Of a DNA stretch of 64,000 nt, positions 28,549-37,054 are shown piece after piece. A program made the position numbers and the translations under genes. Below the pieces are notes generated by a model that saw nothing but the letters and a program-made list of their open reading frames with translations, made no database searches and was not told where the DNA came from. The DNA is from a virus, in IMG/VR virus record IMGVR_UViG_3300022074_000013, positions 1 through 64,000 of that record; one strand, given 5' to 3'. Each line of letters opens with the position of its first letter. Within the stretch, counting starts at the first letter, position 1.

Positions 28549-29688
28549 ATGGCAACAGTCATAACGTTCAAGAAGTCATCGACTCAGAACGCTGTTCCAA
28601 CTACCTCAGATATCACTCTTGGGGAATTGGCAGTAAATACTTACCACGGTAGGTTTTACACTGAGAAGAATGACGGTTCAGCTGCCATTGTAGAAGTAGG
28701 GTCTAATCCTGCATCATTCACTATTAATGACGCAATCACATTCCCCACTTCTGACGGTTCAGCTGACCAAATAATTACAACCGATGGTTCGGGGACTTTG
28801 ACGTGGGCAGACCAAAGTGGCGGAAGTTATGGAACAGGTGCAACTTTTACCTTTTCTCTAACAGGAACCACAACCACTATATCAGGAAATGATGATGATG
28901 GGCAAGCATTGTCATATGATATTGGAAAAGAAGCAGTATATCTAAACGGTGTACTATTACAAGACGGTGGTGTTGACTACGCAACAACAAGTTCCTCAGT
29001 AATTACTCTTCAAGCAAATGGTGAAAGTGGTGACGTTGTTTGTATTAAAACACCTAAAAATCCAGGCGTATTAGTTGAAACTGCAAGTTCAGCATTGACA
29101 ACTACTGATTCAAACCAAACTATTCTTTCAATTGCTTCTGCTGGAACAAAGTCAACTAAAATATCTTTGACTGCAGTTCATTCAACAGGTTCACATTCAT
29201 GCGAAGTTCTCATGGGTAATGACGGTAGTAACGCATTCTTTTCACAATACGGTGACGTAACAACTACAGGTTCATTCTTGTATGATTTATCCACAACAAT
29301 GTCAAGTGGTAATCAATTATTGAGAGCGACACCTGCTAATACTAATACAACTTTCTTTTTAACTTACAGTAGATTACCAGCACTCAAAAACGGTGAGTTG
29401 ACAACTACAACTACAACTGCAGACCAAACATTAGATACGTGTTCAGTTGCATATGAAGGAGTTAAGTATTCATTACTTGCAGTTCATTCAAGTGGGTCAC
29501 ATGCGTGTGAGGTTGTAGTAGGTACAGACGGTACAAACGCATTCTTCTCACAATATGGCGATGTTATAACTGCAAGTTCTTTATTCACTCTAAATACATC
29601 AGTTAGTTCAGGAAATACTAATCTATTAGTAACTCCTGCTAATACGAATACTACGTTCTATTGGAACGTGACTAAGAGAGGAGAATAA
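28549..29688 (+). CDS. Tail fibre-associated protein with duplicated C-terminal beta domain
   Basis: MATVITFKK..LGELAVNT N-terminus; two copies of AVHSxGSHxCEV..DGxNAFFSQYGDV..TPANTNTTF. Confidence 0.7.
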   Translation: MATVITFKKSSTQNAVPTTSDITLGELAVNTYHGRFYTEKNDGSAAIVEVGSNPASFTINDAITFPTSDGSADQIITTDGSGTLTWADQSGGSYGTGATFTFSLTGTTTTISGNDDDGQALSYDIGKEAVYLNGVLLQDGGVDYATTSSSVITLQANGESGDVVCIKTPKNPGVLVETASSALTTTDSNQTILSIASAGTKSTKISLTAVHSTGSHSCEVLMGNDGSNAFFSQYGDVTTTGSFLYDLSTTMSSGNQLLRATPANTNTTFFLTYSRLPALKNGELTTTTTTADQTLDTCSVAYEGVKYSLLAVHSSGSHACEVVVGTDGTNAFFSQYGDVITASSLFTLNTSVSSGNTNLLVTPANTNTTFYWNVTKRGE

Positions 29689-30101
29689 TGCCAAGGTCAT
29701 TAGCATTCAAACTTGCAGAAATTTCTAGGCACATAGAATATGATGCCACTAATGACGATATTGTTGTAAGTAAAGAATTAGTTTCTTCAAGAAGGAAATC
29801 GGGTTCTACAACTACGACTGCGACAACTCAAGTCGCACTGGATACGTTTGCACATGCAACATTCTCAACTGCAAGATACATTGTATCCGTAACTCAAGGT
29901 TCAGATTATCATTCTACAGAACTTGTTATATCTCATAACGGTTCTAGTGCAGATATCCTTGAGTATGGTATTCTCAAATCAGGTAGTGATTTAGCAACAT
30001 TCAGTGCTGATATCAGCGGTGCAAATGCAAGATTACTCATAACTCCTGCCTCTTCAAGTTCAACTGTCTTTAAATTTGATAGACAACTAGTAGAATCTTA
30101 A
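29688..30101 (+). CDS. Small virion protein, related to the C-terminal repeat of the upstream gene
   Basis: TTTATTQVALDTF..ARYIVSV..YHSTEL..EYG..RLLITPA matches the repeated domain of 28549-29688. Confidence 0.65.
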   Translation: MPRSLAFKLAEISRHIEYDATNDDIVVSKELVSSRRKSGSTTTTATTQVALDTFAHATFSTARYIVSVTQGSDYHSTELVISHNGSSADILEYGILKSGSDLATFSADISGANARLLITPASSSSTVFKFDRQLVES

Positions 30102-30119
30102 TCCTAAACTCCGTTTAGT

Positions 30120-30127
30120 TATAAATA
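30120..30127 (+). promoter_or_regulatory. Late promoter (fibre gene 30191)
   Basis: TATAAATA. Confidence 0.85.
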
Positions 30128-30190
30128 ACAGTAGACATTTTTAATAATGCTGTGAACTGGGATAGTGAACAGTAAACGGAGGCGAACAGC

Positions 30191-32755
30191 GTGGCTGCAA
30201 AGAATTTTCATGTAAAAAACGGACTGAGTATCGGTACAACCGAGGTAATCAACAGCTCAGGTCTTATACAAACAGCCGCACTAGGAAGTGATTTTAACGA
30301 AAAGGTTGACGACAGAGTCAACGCATTAATCGTTGCAGGAACAGGTATTTCTACCTCATATGATGATAGTGCAGGCACATTAACAATCAACGGACAAGTC
30401 GGGGATATCACGGGCGTAACTGCTGGTGACGGTCTTTCAGGTGGTGGAACAAGTGGTGCGATAACACTCGCACTGGATAGTTCAGTAGCTGGTGACGGTC
30501 TTGCACATTCAAGTGGTGTTCTATCAGTCGGAGTAGACGATAGTTCAATCGAAACAGATTCAGACGCATTAAGAATTAAAGCAAGTGGTGTTACTAATGC
30601 CATGTTGGCAGGTTCTATTGCAAACGATAAACTATCAAATTCATCAATTACAGTTTCAGACGGCAGTAATACAACTGCGACAGCATTAGGTGGAACAATA
30701 ACCTTTGCTGGTGGTGAAGGTATAGATGTTGCAGAAAGTTCAGGCACAGTCACATATTCAGCGGAACTTGCAACAGAAACAAACGCTGGTGTCGCAACAT
30801 TTGACGGAACAGACTTTACTGTATCAGCTGGTGATGTCACGGTAAACGCAGAAAGAATTCAAGATATCGTTGGTGCAATGGTATCAGGAAATACTGAAAG
30901 TGGTATCACAGTTACATATGAAGACGGTGACGGTACTTTAGACTTCTCTACTACACTAGGTGGTCTTGCTGGTACTTCTGATAATATCACAGAAGGTTCA
31001 ACAAATTTATTCCTTACCAACGAAAGAGTAGACGATAGAGTAAACGCACTATTGACTGCTGGTACAAACATGTCATTGACATATGACGATGCAGCTAATA
31101 CTTTAACAATTGCGTCTTCGGGTAAAACAGAAGAAGAAATAGAAGACATTGTTGGTGCACAACTTGCTACAAACGGTTCACACACAAATATCACTGCAAC
31201 ATATGACGATGCTGGTGACGGTGCGGTAGACCTTGCAATTACAGACGCAACAATCAGAGGAAAGGTTTCCGTAACAGATTCAGGTGGAGACGGTTCACTT
31301 GCATACAATAACTCTACAGGTGTTATCACATATACAGGCCCAAGTGCGTCAGAAGTAAGAGCACATATCTCAGGTGGAACAGGTGTTACTGTATCAAGTG
31401 GTGAAATTGCAATTGGACAAGCAGTTGCAACAAGTTCAAATGTAACTTTCGCAGACGTAGCTGCAACAGGTAATTTGACAGTTACAGGTAACTTAGATGT
31501 AAACGGAACAACCACAACTTTAGACACTACAAACTCAACAATTACAGATAGATTGATTGAGTTAGGAAATGGTACAACAGGAACACCTGCAAATGATATG
31601 GGTATTGTTCTTGAAAGAGGAGACTCAGACAACGCATTTATAGGTTGGGATGAAAGTGCAGACAAATTCTTAGTAGGTACAGGTTCATTTACAGGTGCAA
31701 GTACAGGTGACTTAACAGTTACTACAGGAACACTTGTAGCAAACTTAGAAGGTAACGTAACTGGTAACGTAACTGGTGACTTGACTGGTAACGTAACTGG
31801 TAACGTTAGTGGAACTGCAGCTACAGTAACAGGTGCAGCTCAAACAAACATTACAAGTCTTGGAACTCTTACAGCATTAACAGTAGACGATATTAGTATT
31901 GACGGTTCAAAGATATCTATAGCCGATAACTCAGCAACTGCTCTTACCATTTCAGAAGGTAGTAATGACTATTTAACTTTTAATACTACAGACTCAGCAG
32001 AAACAATATTATTAGGAAAACCTCTTGATACAAATGGTAATGCAATTATTTTTGATGTAGATGGTGATACATCAATTGCTGGTTCACCTATTGATGATAT
32101 GTTGATATTTAAATCTGGTGGAGCTTCATGGTTATTAGCTTCTGCAAATGTTGGTTTATCACCAAATGTTGCATTCCCCCTTGGTAATTCAAGTTATCCG
32201 TTTACCCATTTATATGTGGACAATATTTTTGTTGATGGTAATACAATTAAATCAGAAAATTCAGATGGCGATTTAATATTTAAAGGCAACGATGGCGGTT
32301 CAGAAATAACTGCTCTTACACTTGATATGTCTGAAGCAGGTGCAGCTACTTTTAATGCAGGAGTAACTGCTACTACATTTACAGGTGCATTAACTGGTAA
32401 CGTTACTGGTAACTTAACTGGTAATGTCACAGGTAATGTTAGTGGAACTTCAGGTTCAACAACAGGTAATGCCGCTACAGCAACTGCATTACAAAATGCA
32501 AGAACAATCAACGGAGTATCTTTTGACGGAACTGGAAACGTAACAACCTTGACTGCAGGAACAGGTGTTTCTGTATCAGGAACCGAAGTTGCAATCGGAC
32601 AAGCAGTTGCTACAAACAGTAACGTGACCTTTAATCAGATACACACCGACTACGCAAGTAATAGTGGACAAGTTGCAAGGAACATTTACCAATCAACTTC
32701 TGCTCCAAGTGGTGGAGACGGACAAGTCGGCGACTTATGGATTTTATACTCTTAA
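30191..32755 (+). CDS. Long tail fibre protein (GTG start)
   Basis: KNFHVKNGL N-terminus, DDRVNAL/TYDDA repeats, GNVT tetrapeptide runs, C-terminal SAPSGGDGQVGDLW. Confidence 0.75.
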   Translation: MAAKNFHVKNGLSIGTTEVINSSGLIQTAALGSDFNEKVDDRVNALIVAGTGISTSYDDSAGTLTINGQVGDITGVTAGDGLSGGGTSGAITLALDSSVAGDGLAHSSGVLSVGVDDSSIETDSDALRIKASGVTNAMLAGSIANDKLSNSSITVSDGSNTTATALGGTITFAGGEGIDVAESSGTVTYSAELATETNAGVATFDGTDFTVSAGDVTVNAERIQDIVGAMVSGNTESGITVTYEDGDGTLDFSTTLGGLAGTSDNITEGSTNLFLTNERVDDRVNALLTAGTNMSLTYDDAANTLTIASSGKTEEEIEDIVGAQLATNGSHTNITATYDDAGDGAVDLAITDATIRGKVSVTDSGGDGSLAYNNSTGVITYTGPSASEVRAHISGGTGVTVSSGEIAIGQAVATSSNVTFADVAATGNLTVTGNLDVNGTTTTLDTTNSTITDRLIELGNGTTGTPANDMGIVLERGDSDNAFIGWDESADKFLVGTGSFTGASTGDLTVTTGTLVANLEGNVTGNVTGDLTGNVTGNVSGTAATVTGAAQTNITSLGTLTALTVDDISIDGSKISIADNSATALTISEGSNDYLTFNTTDSAETILLGKPLDTNGNAIIFDVDGDTSIAGSPIDDMLIFKSGGASWLLASANVGLSPNVAFPLGNSSYPFTHLYVDNIFVDGNTIKSENSDGDLIFKGNDGGSEITALTLDMSEAGAATFNAGVTATTFTGALTGNVTGNLTGNVTGNVSGTSGSTTGNAATATALQNARTINGVSFDGTGNVTTLTAGTGVSVSGTEVAIGQAVATNSNVTFNQIHTDYASNSGQVARNIYQSTSAPSGGDGQVGDLWILYS

Positions 32756-32778
32756 TAAGGGTAACAGGATAATATAAT

Positions 32779-34152
32779 ATGGCATCAGGCTCACAGAAGG
32801 TTAAAACACCTACAGGCTGGAACGCAACTCAAGGTGCGTGGGTTAAAACGCCTGACGGTTGGCGTGCAGTAGAGCAAGTCTATATTAAAACGCCTGACGG
32901 GTGGAATAATGCTAGTGGTCAAGAAGATACACAACAACCTGCTCGAAGACCTGCAACTGGTAGACTTCAAGCACAAAGACCTGCAACTGGTCAATTACAG
33001 GCACAAAGACCTGCAATAGGAACAACACCTGCAAGAAGACCTGCGACTGGTAGACTTCAAGCACAAAGACCTGCATCAGGACAGTCGCCAAGCACTTATC
33101 AGGCGCAAGGAAGATATCCATATCCTGCCAATGCACAGGCACCTTATCCTGCTAATGGACAACAGCCAGGCACATATCCTGCTAACGCTCAGACGCCTGG
33201 CACATATCCTGCAAATGCTAGAGGAAGATATCCTGCTAACGGACAATCGCCAGGCACATATCCTGCTAATGCGAGACAGCCAGGAACTTATCAGGCAAGA
33301 TATCCATTTACTTATCCTGCTAACTCACAAAGTCCATTTACGTATCAGGCAAGATATCCATTTACATACCCTGCTAACTCACAGTCACCATTTACGTATC
33401 AGGCAAGATATCCGTTTATTGCACCTACAACATATCAGGCACCTACAACGTATCAGGCAAGATATCCATTTATTACACCTGCGAGACAACCTTTCACTTT
33501 CTCATTCATGAAAGACGGGATAGTTTATAACGGTCAGAATCCTTTTACTACAAGTGCAAGGGGTAGGTATCCTGCTAATACAACGTATCCTGCTAACACG
33601 AATACAAATGCACGTGGAAGATATCCTGCCAACGCAAGGCAGCCAGGAACTTATCAGAATAACGCAAGAGGAAGATACCCTGCTAATGCAAGACAGCCAG
33701 GCACATATCAAAACAATGCACGTGGAAGATATCCTGCGAACTCACAGTCACCATTTACTTATCAGACGCCTTATAGAACTCCGTTTACATATCAGGCAAG
33801 ATATCCATTTACATATCAAGCGTCTTATAGAATTCCGTCTACTTATCAGGCGTCTTATAGAACACCGTTTACGTATCAGGCAAGACAACCTAGCACGTAT
33901 CAAGCACAAGGAAGATATCCGTATCCTGCTAACGCACAGACATCATATAATTTCCAACAGAACTATCAGAACCCATACCCGTTCCAACAGAATTATCAAA
34001 ATCCGTATCCGTTCCAACAGAACTATCAGAACCCGTATCCGTTCCAACAGAACTATCAGAACCCGTACCCATACCAGCAGAACTATCAAAACCCTGTTCA
34101 ACGTTGGGACGGTGTGTTACAACAACAATGGCCTGCAACACCTATTTCGTAA
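32779..34152 (+). CDS. Tyr/Pro/Gln/Arg-rich mirror-repeat protein B (putative fibre-tip filament/adhesin)
   Basis: Three N-terminal (V/I)KTPxGW repeats, then about 390 aa of mirror-symmetric repeats about the central FSFMKDGIVY turn. Confidence 0.72.
   Translation: MASGSQKVKTPTGWNATQGAWVKTPDGWRAVEQVYIKTPDGWNNASGQEDTQQPARRPATGRLQAQRPATGQLQAQRPAIGTTPARRPATGRLQAQRPASGQSPSTYQAQGRYPYPANAQAPYPANGQQPGTYPANAQTPGTYPANARGRYPANGQSPGTYPANARQPGTYQARYPFTYPANSQSPFTYQARYPFTYPANSQSPFTYQARYPFIAPTTYQAPTTYQARYPFITPARQPFTFSFMKDGIVYNGQNPFTTSARGRYPANTTYPANTNTNARGRYPANARQPGTYQNNARGRYPANARQPGTYQNNARGRYPANSQSPFTYQTPYRTPFTYQARYPFTYQASYRIPSTYQASYRTPFTYQARQPSTYQAQGRYPYPANAQTSYNFQQNYQNPYPFQQNYQNPYPFQQNYQNPYPFQQNYQNPYPYQQNYQNPVQRWDGVLQQQWPATPIS
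32929..33078 (+). repeat. Five imperfect 30-bp repeats (xxQAQRPATG)
   Basis: agacctgcaactggt/agacttcaagcacaa units with period 30. Confidence 0.85.
33289..33396 (+). repeat. Two 54-bp repeats (YQARYPFTYPANSQSPFT)
   Basis: Direct inspection of DNA and protein. Confidence 0.85.
33607..33714 (+). repeat. Two 54-bp repeats (NARGRYPANARQPGTYQN)
   Basis: Direct inspection of DNA and protein. Confidence 0.85.
33952..34095 (+). repeat. Five near-perfect 30-bp tandem repeats (FQQNYQNPYP)
   Basis: ttccaacagaactatcagaacccgtatccg units. Confidence 0.9.
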
Positions 34153-34155
34153 CAC

Positions 34156-34163
34156 ACTAAATA
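34156..34163 (+). promoter_or_regulatory. Variant late promoter for the enzyme cluster
   Basis: ACTAAATA, the same variant as at 55775; CCTAAATA precedes gp3. Confidence 0.6.
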
Positions 34164-34188
34164 TACTCACATAAGTGAGATTTTTATT

Positions 34189-35715
34189 ATGACAGAAATT
34201 GACCATTTAATTGATTTTATTCCATTTCGCCTAGACTGGACGCAAGAAAGTGTTCGTAGACAACTCTTTTATAAGAGCGGTCACCATATTGGCAATATTC
34301 CTGTTAACGAAGACGGTTCTATTGATACTGAATGTGACACATATAAAGTTGTACAATACTTTGTAGATAATGTTTATGTTCCTAATGTGAAATTAGTAAC
34401 TTGGGGTGATATTAAAAAGTGCGGATTCATGCCTTTGGAATCATTTGGATTAGACTATCAAGCGTCTAATTATTTAAAGTATATTCCTAATTTCCATACT
34501 TACGGTGCTAGTATGAAAAAAATAACTACCGCAACGGGAGATATTACTGGTGGAAATGAAGATGGAAATGATATAACTGGTTCGGGATTTTATCATGGGT
34601 GTAAAGGACATTGGTTATTACATGATATTCAGAAGAATGGTTTAAATCAACCGATAACTATTGTATTACAAAAAAGCGGAAGAAACGATAGAATTGAATA
34701 CAACCCACATATACACCCTGGCTCAGTACGACAAGGTGTATTCGGTGCGACAGACGATGAAAGTATGACCTGTATTGTTTGGGACGCATATAACGCCTTT
34801 GATTGGATAGAACCTTTAACTACTGATGAGTGGTTAAGAAGTTTTACTACACCACAGTTTGACGGCATGAGACCGACACAATTACATGTATCTTACAATT
34901 ATACTAGTATTGAAGTGCAAACTTCGGGTGAATGGAATAATGGAAGGTCAGAACCCGATAGACAATGGAGAGAAAAAGTAAAGGATTTTTCTAAAAAGGT
35001 ATCAGAAAAATTCAATGGAAAACCTTTAAACATATATCTTGGGTATGATTCAAGACATGAAGATATAACAGACGTACAAATAAATTCTATTAATCAAGCA
35101 TGTCAAAGAGCAGTTAATGACTCACAGTGTAGATTTGAACCTGAAATAAAACTACTTGACGTATCAAAGATTCCCGAATATACTAGAGAGTACGCAAATC
35201 AATCGACAGAATTTACTTATAGCAGATTCTTAATTCCATACTTAGAAAATTATGAAGGGTTTAGTATATTCATAGATAATGATTTTGTATGGAAACAACC
35301 TTGGTATGAAATGTTTTATTTTCTACACCCCGACAATGCAGTAGCATGTGTTCAATATGAATATGAACTAGAAAAAATGTCTAAGACTAAAATGGGTGGT
35401 GAAGAGAATGTTATGTATCCTAAAAAGTTGTGGTCTAGTTTCATGATATTTAATAATGCTCATGAAGACTGTAAAAAATTAACACCCGAAGTTGTAAATA
35501 CTGCGAGTGGTCAATACTTACACCAGTTTGAATGGACTGATAGTATTGATAGAATCCCTGACAAATATGTCTTTACAGAAGGCATGTCAGACGAAGATAA
35601 AAGATATCATGCGGTGCATTATACAAGAGGTGGCCCATGGATAAAAGATATGGACTGTAGTGACATATCGCAATTAAAGTTATACGAAAAGTATAAAAAT
35701 ATACTCAATAAATAA
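34189..35715 (+). CDS. Fusion: ParB/Srx-like N-terminal domain + GT-A glycosyltransferase (GT8/CDI-like)
   Basis: C-terminal half: IYLGYDSRHE, STEFTYSRFLIPYL, IFIDNDF (DxD), KKLWSSFMIFN, LHQFEW, HYTRGGPW. N-terminal half: DIQKNGLNQPI...HPGSVR. Confidence 0.75.
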   Translation: MTEIDHLIDFIPFRLDWTQESVRRQLFYKSGHHIGNIPVNEDGSIDTECDTYKVVQYFVDNVYVPNVKLVTWGDIKKCGFMPLESFGLDYQASNYLKYIPNFHTYGASMKKITTATGDITGGNEDGNDITGSGFYHGCKGHWLLHDIQKNGLNQPITIVLQKSGRNDRIEYNPHIHPGSVRQGVFGATDDESMTCIVWDAYNAFDWIEPLTTDEWLRSFTTPQFDGMRPTQLHVSYNYTSIEVQTSGEWNNGRSEPDRQWREKVKDFSKKVSEKFNGKPLNIYLGYDSRHEDITDVQINSINQACQRAVNDSQCRFEPEIKLLDVSKIPEYTREYANQSTEFTYSRFLIPYLENYEGFSIFIDNDFVWKQPWYEMFYFLHPDNAVACVQYEYELEKMSKTKMGGEENVMYPKKLWSSFMIFNNAHEDCKKLTPEVVNTASGQYLHQFEWTDSIDRIPDKYVFTEGMSDEDKRYHAVHYTRGGPWIKDMDCSDISQLKLYEKYKNILNK

Positions 35716-35733
35716 GAATAGAGGTAATATATT

Positions 35734-36291
35734 ATGAATCAACTTGTTTTTACAGAAGATAACAATCTTCACATCACCAAACCAAACGGTTTGAGATACC
35801 AATTTGACAATGTCGAAAAACCAAATTTAGGTTTTGATTTTGACGTTATTGTTTATGACGGAGACAGCGAATTTAAAATTGTCGGTTACAACGATGACAT
35901 TCCTTTCGATGAACAGGATAAACATGCACTTGTAGACGAAGAAAGAGACGCTATCGAACAGTTTATTGAACAGTCAGAACCACCAAATGGTATGTCCTTA
36001 AACAATCAGTTTATGGCAGACTTAGAAAATTTAACTCACGACAAAATAGAAGACTGTGCAATAAGATATAATTTTAGAAATCTTAACGAATGTGTATATG
36101 CTGGACGAGAAGGTTCTAATCATACGTATAGGTCAGAAGCACGTAGAGTTTTAGAATATGCAGATGCAACTTGGTCAATATGTTTTCAAACGCAAGAAGA
36201 AATAATGGCAACAAGAGAAGACCATTTGAAACCTTTTGACGAATACGTAGTAGTGTTGCCTGAAACAGTATCACCAAATAATATTTGTTAA
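35734..36291 (+). CDS. Hypothetical, possible tail fibre assembly chaperone
   Basis: Acidic; C-terminal YAG..SNHTYRSEARRVLEYADATW resembles fibre-assembly proteins. Confidence 0.45.
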   Translation: MNQLVFTEDNNLHITKPNGLRYQFDNVEKPNLGFDFDVIVYDGDSEFKIVGYNDDIPFDEQDKHALVDEERDAIEQFIEQSEPPNGMSLNNQFMADLENLTHDKIEDCAIRYNFRNLNECVYAGREGSNHTYRSEARRVLEYADATWSICFQTQEEIMATREDHLKPFDEYVVVLPETVSPNNIC

Positions 36292-36292
36292 A

Positions 36293-37054
36293 GTGAACGT
36301 TGTCTACCACGACAAACCTTTCAGACTAACGAAAGATAATTATCCGTTAGGGGATACCTTTCATGTTATCGATAATTATTTGGCGGACGAATTACACCAC
36401 CATTGGGATAAGTCATTAGTCGCAAGTAACCTTTGGTCTAAAACTAATCAAGTTGCGTCCGATAGTAAAACAGGATTACCACATCATTCCTTTTGGGGTG
36501 GAACATTTTTTAGAGATGTTCCTAATCATGAACACGTAGATTGGTGTCAAGGAAATCAGATAAATCGTTCAGATACTTACTTTGCTTCATATTTTAATAC
36601 TAGAGTAATGAATGACTTTGGTTTTCGTTGGGTTGAGTTTGATTACATGGGTTTGAATTCACAAACTCAAGGACTAGACGGTACATGTCATAATGATTGT
36701 GCGCCTGAATGTGAGTGGAACATATCTTTTTTGTATTACTTAAATACATTTTGGAATCCTAAATGGGGCGGTGACTTAAGAGTGTATGATGAAAATATTG
36801 GTAGCGGTGTTGCAGAAGAAATGAACAAACACGAAATAGGAAGAATAGAATTTAAACCAAACAGATTACTTATGTTTGACGGAAGGATACCTCATGGTGC
36901 AGAAGCACCAAAACCTTCTGCAAGATATGTAGATAGACGTTCATGTGTATTGCGTGGTTCAGAAATAAGATTAGTACCTCAAGAAGAACAAAGAAAAGAA
37001 GTTGCACCAAGACAACTAAGATATCAGAGATATATGAGATATGCCGACAATTGA
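36293..37054 (+). CDS. 2OG-Fe(II) oxygenase (prolyl-4-hydroxylase-like)
   Basis: HND, SFLYYLNTFWNPKWGGDL, FKPNRLLMFDGRIPHGA, distal R; GTG start. Confidence 0.85.
   Translation: MNVVYHDKPFRLTKDNYPLGDTFHVIDNYLADELHHHWDKSLVASNLWSKTNQVASDSKTGLPHHSFWGGTFFRDVPNHEHVDWCQGNQINRSDTYFASYFNTRVMNDFGFRWVEFDYMGLNSQTQGLDGTCHNDCAPECEWNISFLYYLNTFWNPKWGGDLRVYDENIGSGVAEEMNKHEIGRIEFKPNRLLMFDGRIPHGAEAPKPSARYVDRRSCVLRGSEIRLVPQEEQRKEVAPRQLRYQRYMRYADN

Noticed and set aside
30208-32511. Long minus-strand ORFs opposite fibre and VrlC genes (also 17153-17935)
   Set aside because: Shadow ORFs from codon bias in Gly/Thr/Ser-rich genes; no SD, promoter or recognisable motifs.
33952-34095. 30-bp tandem repeats as a CRISPR array
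   Set aside because: No unique spacers, repeats are in-frame coding with synonymous variation, and no cas genes are present.
32929-34095. DNA inverted repeat or cruciform explaining the mirror symmetry
   Set aside because: The arms are not reverse complements at nucleotide level; the symmetry is only in peptide motif order and length.
32779-34152. Repeat proteins as RiPP multi-core precursors or DGR targets
   Set aside because: No regular protease sites, leader, transporter or reverse transcriptase in the window; mirror register and position after fibre genes favour a structural role.
33131-34174. Alternative-frame ORFs within the repeat genes (also 25784-26299)
   Set aside because: By-products of in-frame repeats lacking stops; no initiation signals.
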